Below are positions 34,146 through 45,710 of a DNA stretch of 64,000 nucleotides, in pieces (the stretch's first letter is position 1; the number at the start of each line of letters is the position of its first letter). Both the position numbers and the translations under genes were made by a program. This stretch comes from Schizochytrium sp. TIO01 (lineage: Eukaryota; Protista; Bigyra: Labyrinthulomycetes): positions 2,976,001 to 3,040,000 of the forward strand of contig SMSO01000032.1 of NCBI GenBank assembly GCA_004764695.1, given 5' to 3'. The notes under the pieces are model-generated. The model made no database searches. It saw nothing but the letters and a program-made list of their open reading frames with translations, and had not been told where the DNA came from.

Positions 34146-37100
34146 ATGGCTAGCTATGATCGGCGTTCACGAAACCAGCCCCGGGAAGGCTTAAGCAGTC
34201 CTGGGCGCTGGAAAGGTCAGCCAAACAAACGAAGAAGTATGCACCTTCCGACGCATCTGAAGCAAGTGGTCACTGCAGCAGGTGCAAGCATTCATCCAAC
34301 ATGCAAAACCCTCGAAGAGGTCGTCCTGATTCGCAAATGTGATACTCGTGAACCACGAAGACTACCAGCGCTCGAACTTGATTTTGCAGAGAATCTCAAC
34401 AATCATCCGCACTGGCAAGCTAATACGCTAAAAGTCCTTCGGGGACGCAGAGAACTGCCACGAAGTATTCCAGTTTTCGAGCAAACAGAGAGCAGAGAAG
34501 AATTACAAGCTTGTCAAGAAATGGTTGGACATTCTATAGGTAAAGGTCTCACTATGCACCCCGAGACTCAGCAGGACCATCATGGGAGTTCTATTCTGGC
34601 CCATGACTTTACTATGAGCCAAGCTACAGGATCGTCGCGATCTGGAAGTTTACACAGCAGCGCACTACATGATCTCCGTTCACAATTACATAGTGTACTC
34701 ACTAGATTGAACCATCTCGAGTGGAAACAAATGGAGAATGCAAGAATAGTGCACATGCAGCGCGTTGAGATGCAGTCAAACCAAACTTCAGAATGTGCAA
34801 CAACGCATGATGTCACTTCCATTCCTGCTGGAACACCAAAACCCCTTTCAACGGGATTCTCTCTCGGTGCAGCAGGCAACAATTTGAATATTAGCGAGCC
34901 AGGCACAGAGGAAAAAGAAGAAATGATTATGGTAATGGATGGCATTCAAGACACCATCAAACGGCTTGAACGTGCACTTAGTACTACAGAGCAAGAGGCA
35001 ATACTCCGGCAAGAGCAAATCCAGGCTGCGGCTACTCGTTTGGCAGCAGCGGCACGAGGCCATCTTCAACGACAGCGGTTTACAAAAGCCCTTCAAGCTT
35101 TGCGCCGGTGGAGAAAGCGGAATGGGTCAGAACTTGTTCGAGATCATGTGAACACTTTTATGCGCCGTCGACGCAAAATCCTGGATCAAGTCCAAGAAAT
35201 TGAGGTTCGCAGAGATGAGCAGACCAAAGAGGATGTCTTGCGTGCTTGGTGTTCTCATGTGATTTCAACAAGGGGAGAAAGGGCTCGAATATTACGAGAA
35301 GCGGAAGTACTTCGCCACTCCCTTGAACTTGATCTTTTACGTACATGTATGCTGGTATGGCATGAAATATCATCGGGACCTCGCTCGCGCAAAGCTGTGG
35401 AAAATGCCTACAAGCAACGATATGCCAAAGTTGTTGCTCGAATCGAGGCTGGAGGCGAGGATGCCATCGTCAAACATAAAGATGTGATTCGTCAAATGAA
35501 TGAAGAAGCAAGCGAATACATAATCAATAGACGCGCTTTTCACATGAAACGTACATGTTTCAATGCATGGGCGCAAGACTTTCTGTTCGACCTTATACAA
35601 TTGAAAAAGCGAGCTGATCGCTTCTTCAAATTGCAGAGGTTTCCTAAATTTCTTCAAGCTTGGAAAGATTTTGTCAAAATCCGACAAAGTGAAGCCAAAA
35701 TTGCCTACACATGGGATCCTTCTCGCTTTGATCAAGACCATAATTCCCGCGTTGTCAAGAATTTTACTCGAAGGCTACTTCTGCGCAAATTCACAAAAGC
35801 CTGGCACAATCTTGCAAGACAGAATTGCGAAGTCCGAGATCGTCAACGAGCAGTTCTTAGAAAAGAGGTTGCCGCAGTTTTCAAAGCCTGGCATACACGA
35901 ATACGTTTTCAGTTACAAATAAAGCGAATCTGTATCGAGGAATGGAAAGAGCTAGGATACCGTCGTCGGCAGCTGCCTTTTCGAGCCTGGTACATATACA
36001 CCAAAAAAGCACGGAAAATGCGTGAGGCCCAAGCAGTGTTGCTTTCGGCATTCCAACGTCGGAAGCGTCGACTTCTTGAGGCTCGGTTCTTCCGAGTCTG
36101 GAAACACAAAGCGATTTATGGGAAAATAGGAGGATTGCATACACGTGCTGATCTATTTAAAGCTCTTGATACTCAAAAAAAAATGTTGCTTGCCATGGAG
36201 GTGAGTAGCGATCAACAAAAGGAAGCCATTGCTGAGTTAGAAGGAGCTCTCCAAGCAGAAAAGAATCGTTCTGAGACTTTTCAGCTTCAACTTGCGGACA
36301 AAAAAGAGGAGACTATTCAAATCAAATTTGCGCAGCAGCAACTCGAAGAAGAACTTGTGAGACTCCAGGCACTTTTTGATGCTATGAGCCTCATTCACCC
36401 TGGAACTGCAAAGCGTCTTTTGGCCATGCGAGCTGATAATGACCAAGCTCATCACCTCCAGGGTGAAGGTGTAAGTACTGTTGCAAGGCGCGCTGGAGAA
36501 AAGACCAAAATGATGAGTGCAGGTGCTTCGCCTCCTTCCAATGAGGGTGGTTTACTATCTAATGGTTCAAGGCCTTCTGGCCCATGCGTAAAGTGCGGAT
36601 ACGACCCATCTACAATGGTGGCGCAACCCCACTCAGCACGTGCTCGTCTTGAGTCATATGCAACCAATCGTACGCTAGCGGGTCAAATTAACTCAGACAA
36701 AGATGAAGAGGATGGTGCAGAAGCAACTTCCGCTGTAACTCCAGCTATCGATGACAACTCTACCTCAGTTCCTCATGCTGCGCACGATGAGGATGATGAA
36801 GATGAGTTCCCACTACCACTCCCTCTTCCACGACCAACACTGGATGCTTCAGCGGTAGTGTGGGTAACCTCGCAAGATGCCAGTGTAATCAATCGAACGT
36901 TATGGGCCCAGAAAAAACTTAAGGAATTGGCCACAAGAAAGCACATGCAGCAAGGTCAAGAAGATGGTTCCGGGGCGAGTTCTGCGGAGATGGAGGTTTG
37001 CAATTTGCAATCGATTCTTGCTTTTGTCCTTTCTGGGAATTTGCACGACTTGGAGCTTTTCGAGGCTGATTCTGAAGCCCTACAAGAATATGAGCAAAAG

Positions 37101-37382
37101 CAGGCTGCGCTCGCCTTAATGAATGCTGATACAAATTCCGCTTCGGAAATGCTAGGCAATCTTCGCAAAGCGCGTATCCACTCTCTCGGAAACTGGAATG
37201 ACTTTTTGCAAGGTCTCGGGAAGCAGTTCCCACTGATGCATCCCGCAAATGACAATGCTCGTCTTGGTGTAGAGCGTCGCATTGTTTCAAGTAAGGAAAA
37301 GGCGGAGAAAGCGCGTCTTAGCCTTCGACCAAAAGGAATCAATATGTACTCGTCGACATCACGGCAGGACGATAGCGAGTAA
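34146..37382 (+). CDS. IQ-motif + Sfi1-like (centrin-binding) repeat + coiled-coil protein, likely centriole/basal-body associated (~1078 aa)
   Basis: Intronless ORF, first ATG at 34146. IQ-like AATRLAAAARGHLQRQRF, then periodic (F/L)xxW(K/R/H) motifs: LRRWRK, LRAWCS, MLVWHE, FNAWAQ, LQAWKD, TKAWHN, FKAWHT, FRAWYI, FRVWKH; heptad-rich segment follows. Confidence 0.8.
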   Translation: MASYDRRSRNQPREGLSSPGRWKGQPNKRRSMHLPTHLKQVVTAAGASIHPTCKTLEEVVLIRKCDTREPRRLPALELDFAENLNNHPHWQANTLKVLRGRRELPRSIPVFEQTESREELQACQEMVGHSIGKGLTMHPETQQDHHGSSILAHDFTMSQATGSSRSGSLHSSALHDLRSQLHSVLTRLNHLEWKQMENARIVHMQRVEMQSNQTSECATTHDVTSIPAGTPKPLSTGFSLGAAGNNLNISEPGTEEKEEMIMVMDGIQDTIKRLERALSTTEQEAILRQEQIQAAATRLAAAARGHLQRQRFTKALQALRRWRKRNGSELVRDHVNTFMRRRRKILDQVQEIEVRRDEQTKEDVLRAWCSHVISTRGERARILREAEVLRHSLELDLLRTCMLVWHEISSGPRSRKAVENAYKQRYAKVVARIEAGGEDAIVKHKDVIRQMNEEASEYIINRRAFHMKRTCFNAWAQDFLFDLIQLKKRADRFFKLQRFPKFLQAWKDFVKIRQSEAKIAYTWDPSRFDQDHNSRVVKNFTRRLLLRKFTKAWHNLARQNCEVRDRQRAVLRKEVAAVFKAWHTRIRFQLQIKRICIEEWKELGYRRRQLPFRAWYIYTKKARKMREAQAVLLSAFQRRKRRLLEARFFRVWKHKAIYGKIGGLHTRADLFKALDTQKKMLLAMEVSSDQQKEAIAELEGALQAEKNRSETFQLQLADKKEETIQIKFAQQQLEEELVRLQALFDAMSLIHPGTAKRLLAMRADNDQAHHLQGEGVSTVARRAGEKTKMMSAGASPPSNEGGLLSNGSRPSGPCVKCGYDPSTMVAQPHSARARLESYATNRTLAGQINSDKDEEDGAEATSAVTPAIDDNSTSVPHAAHDEDDEDEFPLPLPLPRPTLDASAVVWVTSQDASVINRTLWAQKKLKELATRKHMQQGQEDGSGASSAEMEVCNLQSILAFVLSGNLHDLELFEADSEALQEYEQKQAALALMNADTNSASEMLGNLRKARIHSLGNWNDFLQGLGKQFPLMHPANDNARLGVERRIVSSKEKAEKARLSLRPKGINMYSSTSRQDDSE

Positions 37383-38177
37383 AGTAACACGATCTTGAGG
37401 TTAGCGAGCTAGTCTAGAGACCTTAGTTAGATACCCTCAAAGTCCTACTCATAGCCAGATCAGAAAAGGACATTGATTGATGGACTAACTCTTCCCACAT
37501 GTAACTAAATAGCAAGGCATCAGTGGTATGTTAGTTAAGATTCGTATCATAACTGCAACTTCTTTCTTTGTTGTCTGAATACGCGTGAAAAGCTCTATCC
37601 TTGATGTGATTTTCCATAAAAGGGTCTACGATATTATCATATTTGCAAGCAACTTGAAACTTCAAGAACCTCGTGCACGGACCTCCGAAACAAATTTATC
37701 GGCACGGTTTTTTATATTTTAAAGAAGGAAAGCAAGAAAAGGCGACTTTTAAAATCTTTACCACGGATACATTACATTCAAAGATTAATTTTTTTTTAAT
37801 AATTGTAATATTCAAATTGATGAGCCTTTAAGTTGAACTCATAAATACTCAAAAACTTAACTATTCGAACAGAATTCAAAAATTCAAATTTAAAATTTCA
37901 AATACTCTAACATATTCAAAAAGAAGATACAGGAAACCTTCTGTTGTTGCTTGTCGATTGCAAACACTGAACGTGCTCGCAGGGTTTGCGATACCTCTGA
38001 GGATCGCCAAGTCTGTGCAAGGGACCACACGTTGTATAGGTTGGCAAGTGACAAAGCCAATTCGTGTGCGCTAAGAACCAGGAGGTATCCCAATCGTGCA
38101 TAGTGCAAGATCGATTGCCGCTCCCGTCTTGATTCTGCTCGCGAAGCGTCTTGATTTTCAAATTTGCATATTTGCAA

Positions 38178-39579
38178 ATGGCGAGTTTGAACGCCGAGGT
38201 CTCTGCCGAAGCAAGCGACGCTGCACTTGTGAACGATGAAAACTGCAGTCGCGCAGCCAACAGGATCGGTACGTTAGCAAGCATTACAACATAAGTTTTG
38301 CCTAAATCTAAACTTTGTTGGTCATCGTTTGAATTATTGTGGTCAAGTTAAATTCACTGCATACTTACTAATTTCTCACGTTTCGGCACACAGATGAGCT
38401 ACAAAATCATGGAATCAATGCCTCAGATCTTTCGAAGCTCAAGGCCGCAGGAATTTGCACAGTTGAGGGCTTTCAGATGGCTACCAAGAAAGACATTTTA
38501 AACATTCGTGGTATCACAGATGCCCGATACGCAAATTTAGTGCAAGCCGCCAGTGCAGTTTCTTGTCGTGCAAGCGGCCAGTTCTTATCTGCTGCAGAAG
38601 TGCAGAGCAATCAGGCAAGGCGATTTCATATTTCCACGGGATCAAAAGAGCTCGACGCTATTCTTGGCGGAGGAGTTGAATCTAGTAGTACAACTGAAAT
38701 TTATGGGGAATTTCGCACGGGCAAGTCGCAGTTAATGATGACTCTAGCTGTTTTAGCTCAGCTCGGAGCCCATGCAGGAAAGGTGGTGTATGTGGACACA
38801 GAAGGTGAGTGCAAAACCAAAGTGTTGAAAATGCTTTAAATAAAATTACCCATCAAAGGTTTTGGCCATTAACAATAGACCTTTAGGGGCTTTGCGATTG
38901 ATATCAAATACGTGTACGTGTGGATCTATTTAATTATACCGCAACAGGTGCTTTTCGTCCAAATCGTTTGGAGCCCATTTGCAAGCGATATGATGTTGAT
39001 TTTGAAACTGTTTTGGACAATATTCTTTATGCTCGTATTTTCACTACGGATCAACAAGAAGAAGTACCTGTGCAGATTGAGGCCAAAATTGACCAGGACG
39101 ATACTGCATTCTCCCTCATCATTATTGATTCATTGATGAATTTGTGGCGCACAGACTATAGTGGACGTGGAGAGCTGTCCGAACGCCAACAACGTGTTGG
39201 AAGGCACCTCAATTTACTAAAGAAGCTTGCAGAGCGTCACAATTTGGCTGTAATCTATTCAAATCAGTAAGTGTTCCATACATTTGAAGCATCAAAACGT
39301 TACTTATCAATTGACACGAACTCTAACAATTTAATTTTAATCAAAAAACATCATTCTGATACTAGAGTCATGTCCGATCCGGCTGGGGGCATGACGTATG
39401 TTTCAGATCCCAAGAAACATGTCGGAGGCCACGTTGTAGCTCACGCCTCCAACACACGAGTGATGTTTCGCAAAGGACGTGACAATGAGCGTATTGCTAA
39501 GCTTATTGATTCTCCCAGTATGCCTGAAGCGGAAGCTCGATTTCTCATAACCGAGGGTGGCGTGAATGACTCAGACTAA
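38178..39579 (+). CDS. DMC1: Meiotic recombinase DMC1; 4 exons: 38178-38268, 38394-38804, 38948-39266, 39366-39579
   Basis: GT-AG splicing gives a continuous frame. N-terminal IDELQNHGINASDLSKLKAAGICTV, Walker A GEFRTGKS, Walker B LIIIDS, DYSGRGELSERQQ. NQVMSDPAGG, GGHVVAHAS and DSPSMPE are DMC1-type rather than RAD51-type (AQVDG, GGNI, DSPCLPE). Confidence 0.88.
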
Positions 39580-40790
39580 TGTTAATCGCATCAGGCCCAT
39601 CCTCCAGGGCTGAGTGCCTTAGTCATTAAGAGACACTTTTCCCTTGAAGGAAATGGCATGAATATTAGGCAAGTCCTCTGTAGGTTTCGCTATATTCCTT
39701 GCTCTAATATATATGAAGAATGATAAGTTTTTTAAAATCATCTGCTCCACATTTTAACCCGCTTTTTTCAGTGATAAGCCTTTGACTCTTTGCACACCTA
39801 GGAAGGTGGATACCTAGAGGAGCTAATTTCTAAGATTCCGTTTCCAAATCGAAATAAATGCATTCTCGACTCTTCAAGAGAATCCGCTTGCTTCACGAAT
39901 TGGCAGTCTTCTATTGGTGGGTTCAACAGCTCTTGAATTAGCTGTGAGTGAGGGCATCTGAAACTAAAAAGCATTCAGACCTGAAGCAAATCATCGTTGA
40001 AGAAGTGTTGCATCTTAGTCTGGTGTATCGAGTGGTTTCGTGCATTTCCTACACGCGAGTTTGCTAAAGCGTTGAGTGAGCATTTTACATCAAAAAAACT
40101 TAGGCAGATATTTAGCCACGCATTATACTTACTATTCACCATGGGTCTGAGGTAAGTTTCAATGGCCTACTTCAAAGGACACAGAAGAGTTTGCAATTCT
40201 AGTCTCTTTAACTGGAGGTTGGCACTGTTCAGTTTTACACCAGTACCGCAAACACTAGTAGCTACAGACCCCTACAACCTGCTGGATTATTAGGCCATTT
40301 AAGTATAGCAACACTTTCAAAAGGAACATGAACCTCAGGCTGCTTTTTTTTAATAGAGAAGAAATAGAACCACTCCCAGCGTAGGGGTTCAAGTATGGTA
40401 AATCCAAGGTGCGCTTAATCTACTTAGGCGGACGTTTCTGCAACCCTTCATATTAGCTTACCTTTCTGAATAAATTAGGTCCTATACTGCGACTAAAACT
40501 TACCAAAGTGTGAACAAATGTATGTCATAAATTTCTGAATTTTTAGCGTCAATCTTGCTAGTTACCCGCTCTCTTGTATAAATTTATGTTGAAATTTGGA
40601 GCTTTCAAATCTTGTTGCTAAATTGTAATTTTCGTTTTCGTTTTCGTTTTATCTTTGAACGCATCTAATCGGCCAAAACTTCGTTTAAAAGAGTCCAATT
40701 TTGGTTACATAAAACGCAGATGTAAACACCATATTATTTATTGTTATTTTTCAACCGTGTTTTGAGACATGGTCACATTGGGGAAATTAG

Positions 40791-42214
40791 CTATTTGACT
40801 TTTGGGAGCGGCCTTTCCAATTCATTTACAAATGAAAAGTGTACATCGGAAAGAGACTCAGCCCCTAGTTTGTGAAATGTATCGAAGCAGCCTTTTACAG
40901 AATGCAGCAAACTGACCTGGAGAGATTTTACAGCCTTTGCACTCTTTTGTAGTAGATTTCCTACGTCGAGTGGTGTGAGCCTGGCTTTTCTCGCATCTGA
41001 CACAGCAGACAATACATGTCCTCCGACAAGGAGGAGTGCCATAAGGTTGATTGCGCGATAAAGTGTGCTCCTTCTGTGAACTCTTTTTCAAACCTTGAAG
41101 CAGGTCCAAAATGATTGTTTTCACGTATTTTGTTTGTTCTTCAGAATCTTCGTTCTGGGGTGATGATGTGATGGAAGATTCGGGATTCACAGCATTTACG
41201 TTAGAGCTCACGGAGAGCGGGGATTGATTATGCCCATGAAATCGATAACGCATTCCTTTATGCAGCTCTTCTAAGAACACTTCAAATGATGTCGTGTTCT
41301 TTCTAGCCCTCTGCCAAGACTCAAAAGAGATTGCGTTAGGAGTGAAAGTTTCGAGGCACGCAAGTTGGTATATACGAAATGCATTATAGAGAGTGTTACC
41401 TAGAAACGAGACGTTTAAATCCTGTAGAATTTGGATGATGTTGGTTCGTTTGCTTTTATCTTGATGTTTGGCAAGTGCCAGGTATCCGCGATCGATGAAA
41501 ACAGTAAGATCTTGATTGCGGCTTTCTCTACCTAGCTCATCATCAGGTTGTTGTATCATCAAATTTACTGCCTTCCTGACAATATCACAAACTTTGGTGC
41601 GAATCAACTCCATCCAGCCTTGAATGATCAAACCAGTTCCAACAGAAGCTACAACATGGACAACAGGGTTTCTTACTTCTGAGTGTTTGTCGGAATCAGT
41701 CGAATACCCGCTGATTCAAAGCTAGATGAAGAGTGTGGGAGTGCGTCCTTATCAAGGTCAACCCACGTGACACCTTTAATGAAGAACAACCTATTCCAGT
41801 GCTTACTTGCAAGGTCCTGCATTTGGTGAAGATGTCTTTCTGCAGTGTATTTAGGATTTCGTGATTTCTTTGTACGATTAGCCTTTTCACGGCTATTTTC
41901 GCTTGCTTTATGCATCGATCTACGTACGCGGTTTGTATGAATTTGACACATTGTCGGGTACATCTTTAGGAATTGTACGATTCGATGCTCGACAAAGTAT
42001 TTCGGCCTCGAGAAACAAATGAATATCGCAACGGGAGAATGAGCAACCACTTTCAGTATTTAACCACTGTAACAATGTATCAACGAAGAGAGGTGGGATA
42101 CAAACTTGCACTGGCAGAAAAGGAGTCGAATTCCCAGGTACCTTGGCCCTCATCAATGGCAGCTTGCAGCAAAGAGTCTATTGACATGGATTGCCCATTC
42201 ATGTCAAAATCCAT
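40791..42214 (-). mobile_element. Degenerate piggyBac-like DDD transposase (frameshifted, internally deleted pseudogene)
   Basis: Pieces in successive frames: DIHLFLEAEILCR; WVDLDKDALPH (candidate first Asp); VVHVVASVGTGLII; TVFIDRGY (candidate second Asp); FLGNT joined directly to LYNAFRIYQL; C-terminal Cys-rich RRTCIVC...ECKGC...FC...CFDTFH. No TIR pair confirmed. Confidence 0.7.
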
Positions 42215-43749
42215 GTAGCCTTCGCTTTCGACAGTTGACACTGAGGAATCATCAGAAGTTCGTCACTCGAGCAGACCAAGTCCTTAAACTGACCAGGTAT
42301 AGGCATGTTCACCTATTCATAGATGATGTTTGTCTACTCAAAGCCAAGACTACAAGCACAGCGTTGAAGTATGGAAAGCCGTCGCGCCGGGGATACTACC
42401 AGCGCACGCACAGGACTCCAGGCGGGATATGCAAATTGCAAGCAGAAGAGCACCTAGCGAGCATTATCCGTAACCAAATGAACCTAACTACCAGCGTAAC
42501 TCTAGTCTAGAACCAGAACCACCACTATCTCTCGGGGTTAGGCCTATTATGAATTCCTACGCTTGCTTGCAGCTCACAGAGAATCGTAATAGAGAGATCA
42601 GGGTCATTTTGAGAGTGAGTAAGGAAGGAAGTCCGAGGTATAGTGGTATTTCTCTCCAAAACTTGTAGTATACTAGCATTGACATTCTTCTTGGATACTT
42701 CCAATGATGATTTGGGTTTTTTACACAAAAGCCAAAAGATTATAAACTATTTCCTCTCGACATTCTAATTAGTTGCCTTCAAGTTTCAAGTTAGATTGTA
42801 TGGATGTAGTAGGAGACACAAATAGTAGTAGGTAGGTAGAGCCTACGTACCTGTTATTCTCAGATGGCATAGGCCATACAAGTACTACTACCTCCCTCCC
42901 TCTAGAGTTAGTTAGGACAGTTTTCATTGCTTTCTTCTTCTCTGCACGCTCTACCTTGGTCCACGTTCTCGTTCTTTTCCAACTTGACTCTAGCTACCCG
43001 GCTGTTTCTCTTTTAACCCTGTTTTCCCAACCTCGGTAGGCATTCCTTCCTACCTGCTATCGTTTGAATCCTGAGGACTGATTGGCATCATTGTCATCTT
43101 CGATTCCTTCTCGTTTCGTTCTCTTGCAATTCTTCCGCGCCCTTCTACACGAGATCCATCCTCCTAATGCGCCATAGCTAGTCCTACGGCAGTCTTCCTA
43201 TACCTGGTGCCTAGCTAGCAGTGCTAGTAGGCAGCCTTCGCGGGTCTGTATTCTATCTGCTATCTAAAACTGTACCAGTGGCGTTTATCCCAGACAGACC
43301 TCTGTCCGTAGTAGCACTCGGCAGCCTCCTACGTACGTAGATCCCTAGGACCGTCTTAGCCGGCTAGTTCCTCTACCCCCTGGCTATCCACTCCTACCCT
43401 GCCCTCCCACTAGGCATAACCCTAGCACCTCTGCTGCTGCCGCTGCTGCCGCTGCTGCTCTGCCTATGCCTCCTTCGTACTGCTGCCCTCTGAGGGCGCC
43501 CTTGGAGTTGCTTACTTACTGGCTCAGTGGGGAGGCAGGCAGCCTGTCTGGTGCTAGTGCTGCTGTCTACTGCTGCTGGGTAGGAGTGCTTAGTCGAGCA
43601 AGCAGGCCAAGGGTCGCTATGCCTGTGCTAGATATCCAGCTAGCTAGCTTCTTACTGCCACTTGTGCATCTGTAGCTGGAGCCTATAGTTCTTGCCTGCT
43701 GGCGTGCTAGGGCTGCTGCTATGCTGCTCCTCCCTTTCTCTTTCTCTCT

Positions 43750-43943
43750 CTCTTTGTTTGTTTGTGTGTTTGTATGTATGTTTATTTATTTGTTTATTTA
43801 TTTGTTTGTTTATTTACTTGTTTATTGGTTTATTTGTTTGTATGTTTGTAGTATGTTTGTAGTATGTTTGTATGTTTGCTTGTTTATTTGTTTATATGTT
43901 TATTTGTTTATTTATTTGTTTGCTTGTTTGTTTATTTGTTTGT
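43750..43943. repeat. (TTTG/TTTA)n compound microsatellite directly upstream of NDUFS8
   Basis: Read directly. Confidence 0.9.
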
Positions 43944-44052
43944 TGACTCCTCCATCTTCGCCTGCTTCTGCTTCGCCTCCTGAGCCGAGTCGGCATAGCC
44001 CACTGCCGCGCGAGACGAGAGAGAGTGCGCGAGACCGCCGCAGAGGGACAGG

Positions 44053-45473
44053 ATGTTGTCACAGAGCGCCCGCGTATGCGGCCGTGTGGCTGCCCGCAGC
44101 ACCAGCGGCGCGCTGAAGGCGCCGTGCATGCGTGCCGGCACCGCTCGCGGCTTTGCCACAGAAGAGCGCCTTCGCAAGGATGTCGCCGTCGCCGACGAGG
44201 ACACCTCGCTCTGGAAGGCACTCGACCGCGCCGCCGGAACGCTCTTCATGACTGAGCTCTACCGTGGATGGCTTATCTGTAAGTGAGGGTCGCGCGAGAA
44301 GCGACGAGGCAGCCTCATCGTCTGATCATCATCATCATCATCATCATCATCATCGGACAAGATCTCCTCCATCTTTTTACCCTTTTCGTTTGCGTAGTGA
44401 AGGCCCAGGCGAATAAGTCGGTTCGAGGCGAGCCAAAGTGACCGAGTTATTTGTATCGCACCCGCTCGTCTACGTGGGACGATAGGGAGGGACAGCATTG
44501 CGGCGCAAGTGTTGCTGCTGTTGGTCTTCTTCTTCGCCTTCGCGTTGTTCTTCCTTTCGATCATGTACTTTAGGAGGCTTAGAAGGTTGAAGAGCTGCAA
44601 GAATCTTGTGGAGTAGAGTCTGAATTTAGATGGAGGATATTGGGGAGGCCTTGATGAAGATTTTAACGTGGAATTATTGACTAACTTAGGATTTCGTGAT
44701 TGTGGACTCATGTTTTGTGTGATTTAATACCATACAATCCAATGCACCAATAAATGCTCGGATTGCGTTCGAAAATATTGATTGACCAAACCAAATTCAT
44801 TTCCAAAATTGCGGCGGGAATGTGATGCAACAGGCACTGAGAACTACTTCAAGCCGAAGGTAACCATCAACTACCCTTTTGAGAAGGGTCCCATTTCCCC
44901 CCGTTTCCGTGGAGAGTAAGTTTGCTATTTTAAAATTCATTTGTGGGAGGGGAGCTGGAGATTTCGGTATTCGATGCCTTTATGGGGGCTTGCATCATGC
45001 ATCTGTTCTTGAGCGTACCGCGTATCGAGACGGATGTCTGTGAGACCATGTGACCTGGGAAAGTAGACAAAGTGAAGACTAACATGAGAGATTGATTGAT
45101 CACTTTACATCTTTGAACTTGAACTGTTAATAGACACGCGCTCCGCCGCTACCCTTCCGGTGAGGAGCGTTGCATTGCTTGCAAGCTCTGCGAAGCCATT
45201 TGCCCCGCCCAGGCTATCACCATTGATGCCGAGATGCGACCGGATGGCTCGCGCCGCACCACGCGCTATGATATCGATATGACCAAGTGCATTTACTGCG
45301 GTTTTTGCCAGGAAGCGTGCCCTGTAGATGCCATCGTGGAAGGCCCCAACTTTGAATTTGCCACAGAGACCCACGAGGAGCTCTTGTACGACAAGGAGAA
45401 GCTCCTTGCCAACGGCGACCGCTGGGAACCAGCGATTGCTGTCAACATCGAGGCGGAGGCACCCTACCGCTAA
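44053..45473 (+). CDS. NDUFS8: NADH:ubiquinone oxidoreductase iron-sulfur subunit 8 (TYKY/NuoI), mitochondrial precursor; 3 exons: 44053-44278, 44834-44915, 45134-45473
   Basis: Arg/Ala-rich presequence; spliced frame gives [44 protein letters not shown] and [12 protein letters not shown] (two 4Fe-4S motifs); canonical GTAAGT donors. Confidence 0.97.
44325..44353. repeat. (CAT)n microsatellite inside NDUFS8 intron 1
   Basis: Read directly. Confidence 0.9.
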
Positions 45474-45710
45474 ATACCCTTTTTACTCTGCTTGTCCTGC
45501 TTAGCCGCCTTCTACATCAATCATCCAAATAAAATGATTTTCGTCAGGCTCTCTTTTTTTCTTTTTTTTTTTATAGCCTTCGTTACCCTTGTCCTTGTGC
45601 TCTAACTTATTCTGAAACATGCGCCGTTGCAATGCCAAGTCATGGCTGTAATATTCATGTTTGAACTCAATGCAATTTTTCATGAGACCCTGACACAAAC
45701 AACCGATCCT

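Noticed and set aside
38178-39579. RAD51 as the gene call
   Set aside because: SDP-x-GG, GGHV, DSP-x-MPE and the GICTV N-terminus fit DMC1 better.
39750-43025. TTAACCC at ~39753 and ~43013 as a piggyBac terminal inverted repeat pair
   Set aside because: Both are in the same orientation and I found no matching GGGTTAA inverted partner, so element boundaries are not defined.
43721-44249. 105-131-aa ORFs upstream of and overlapping NDUFS8 exon 1
   Set aside because: Microsatellite translation and antisense or alternative frames of a GC-rich exon.
44650-44712. TGATGA in NDUFS8 intron 1 as a C/D snoRNA
   Set aside because: No suitably placed CTGA D box or terminal stem was found.
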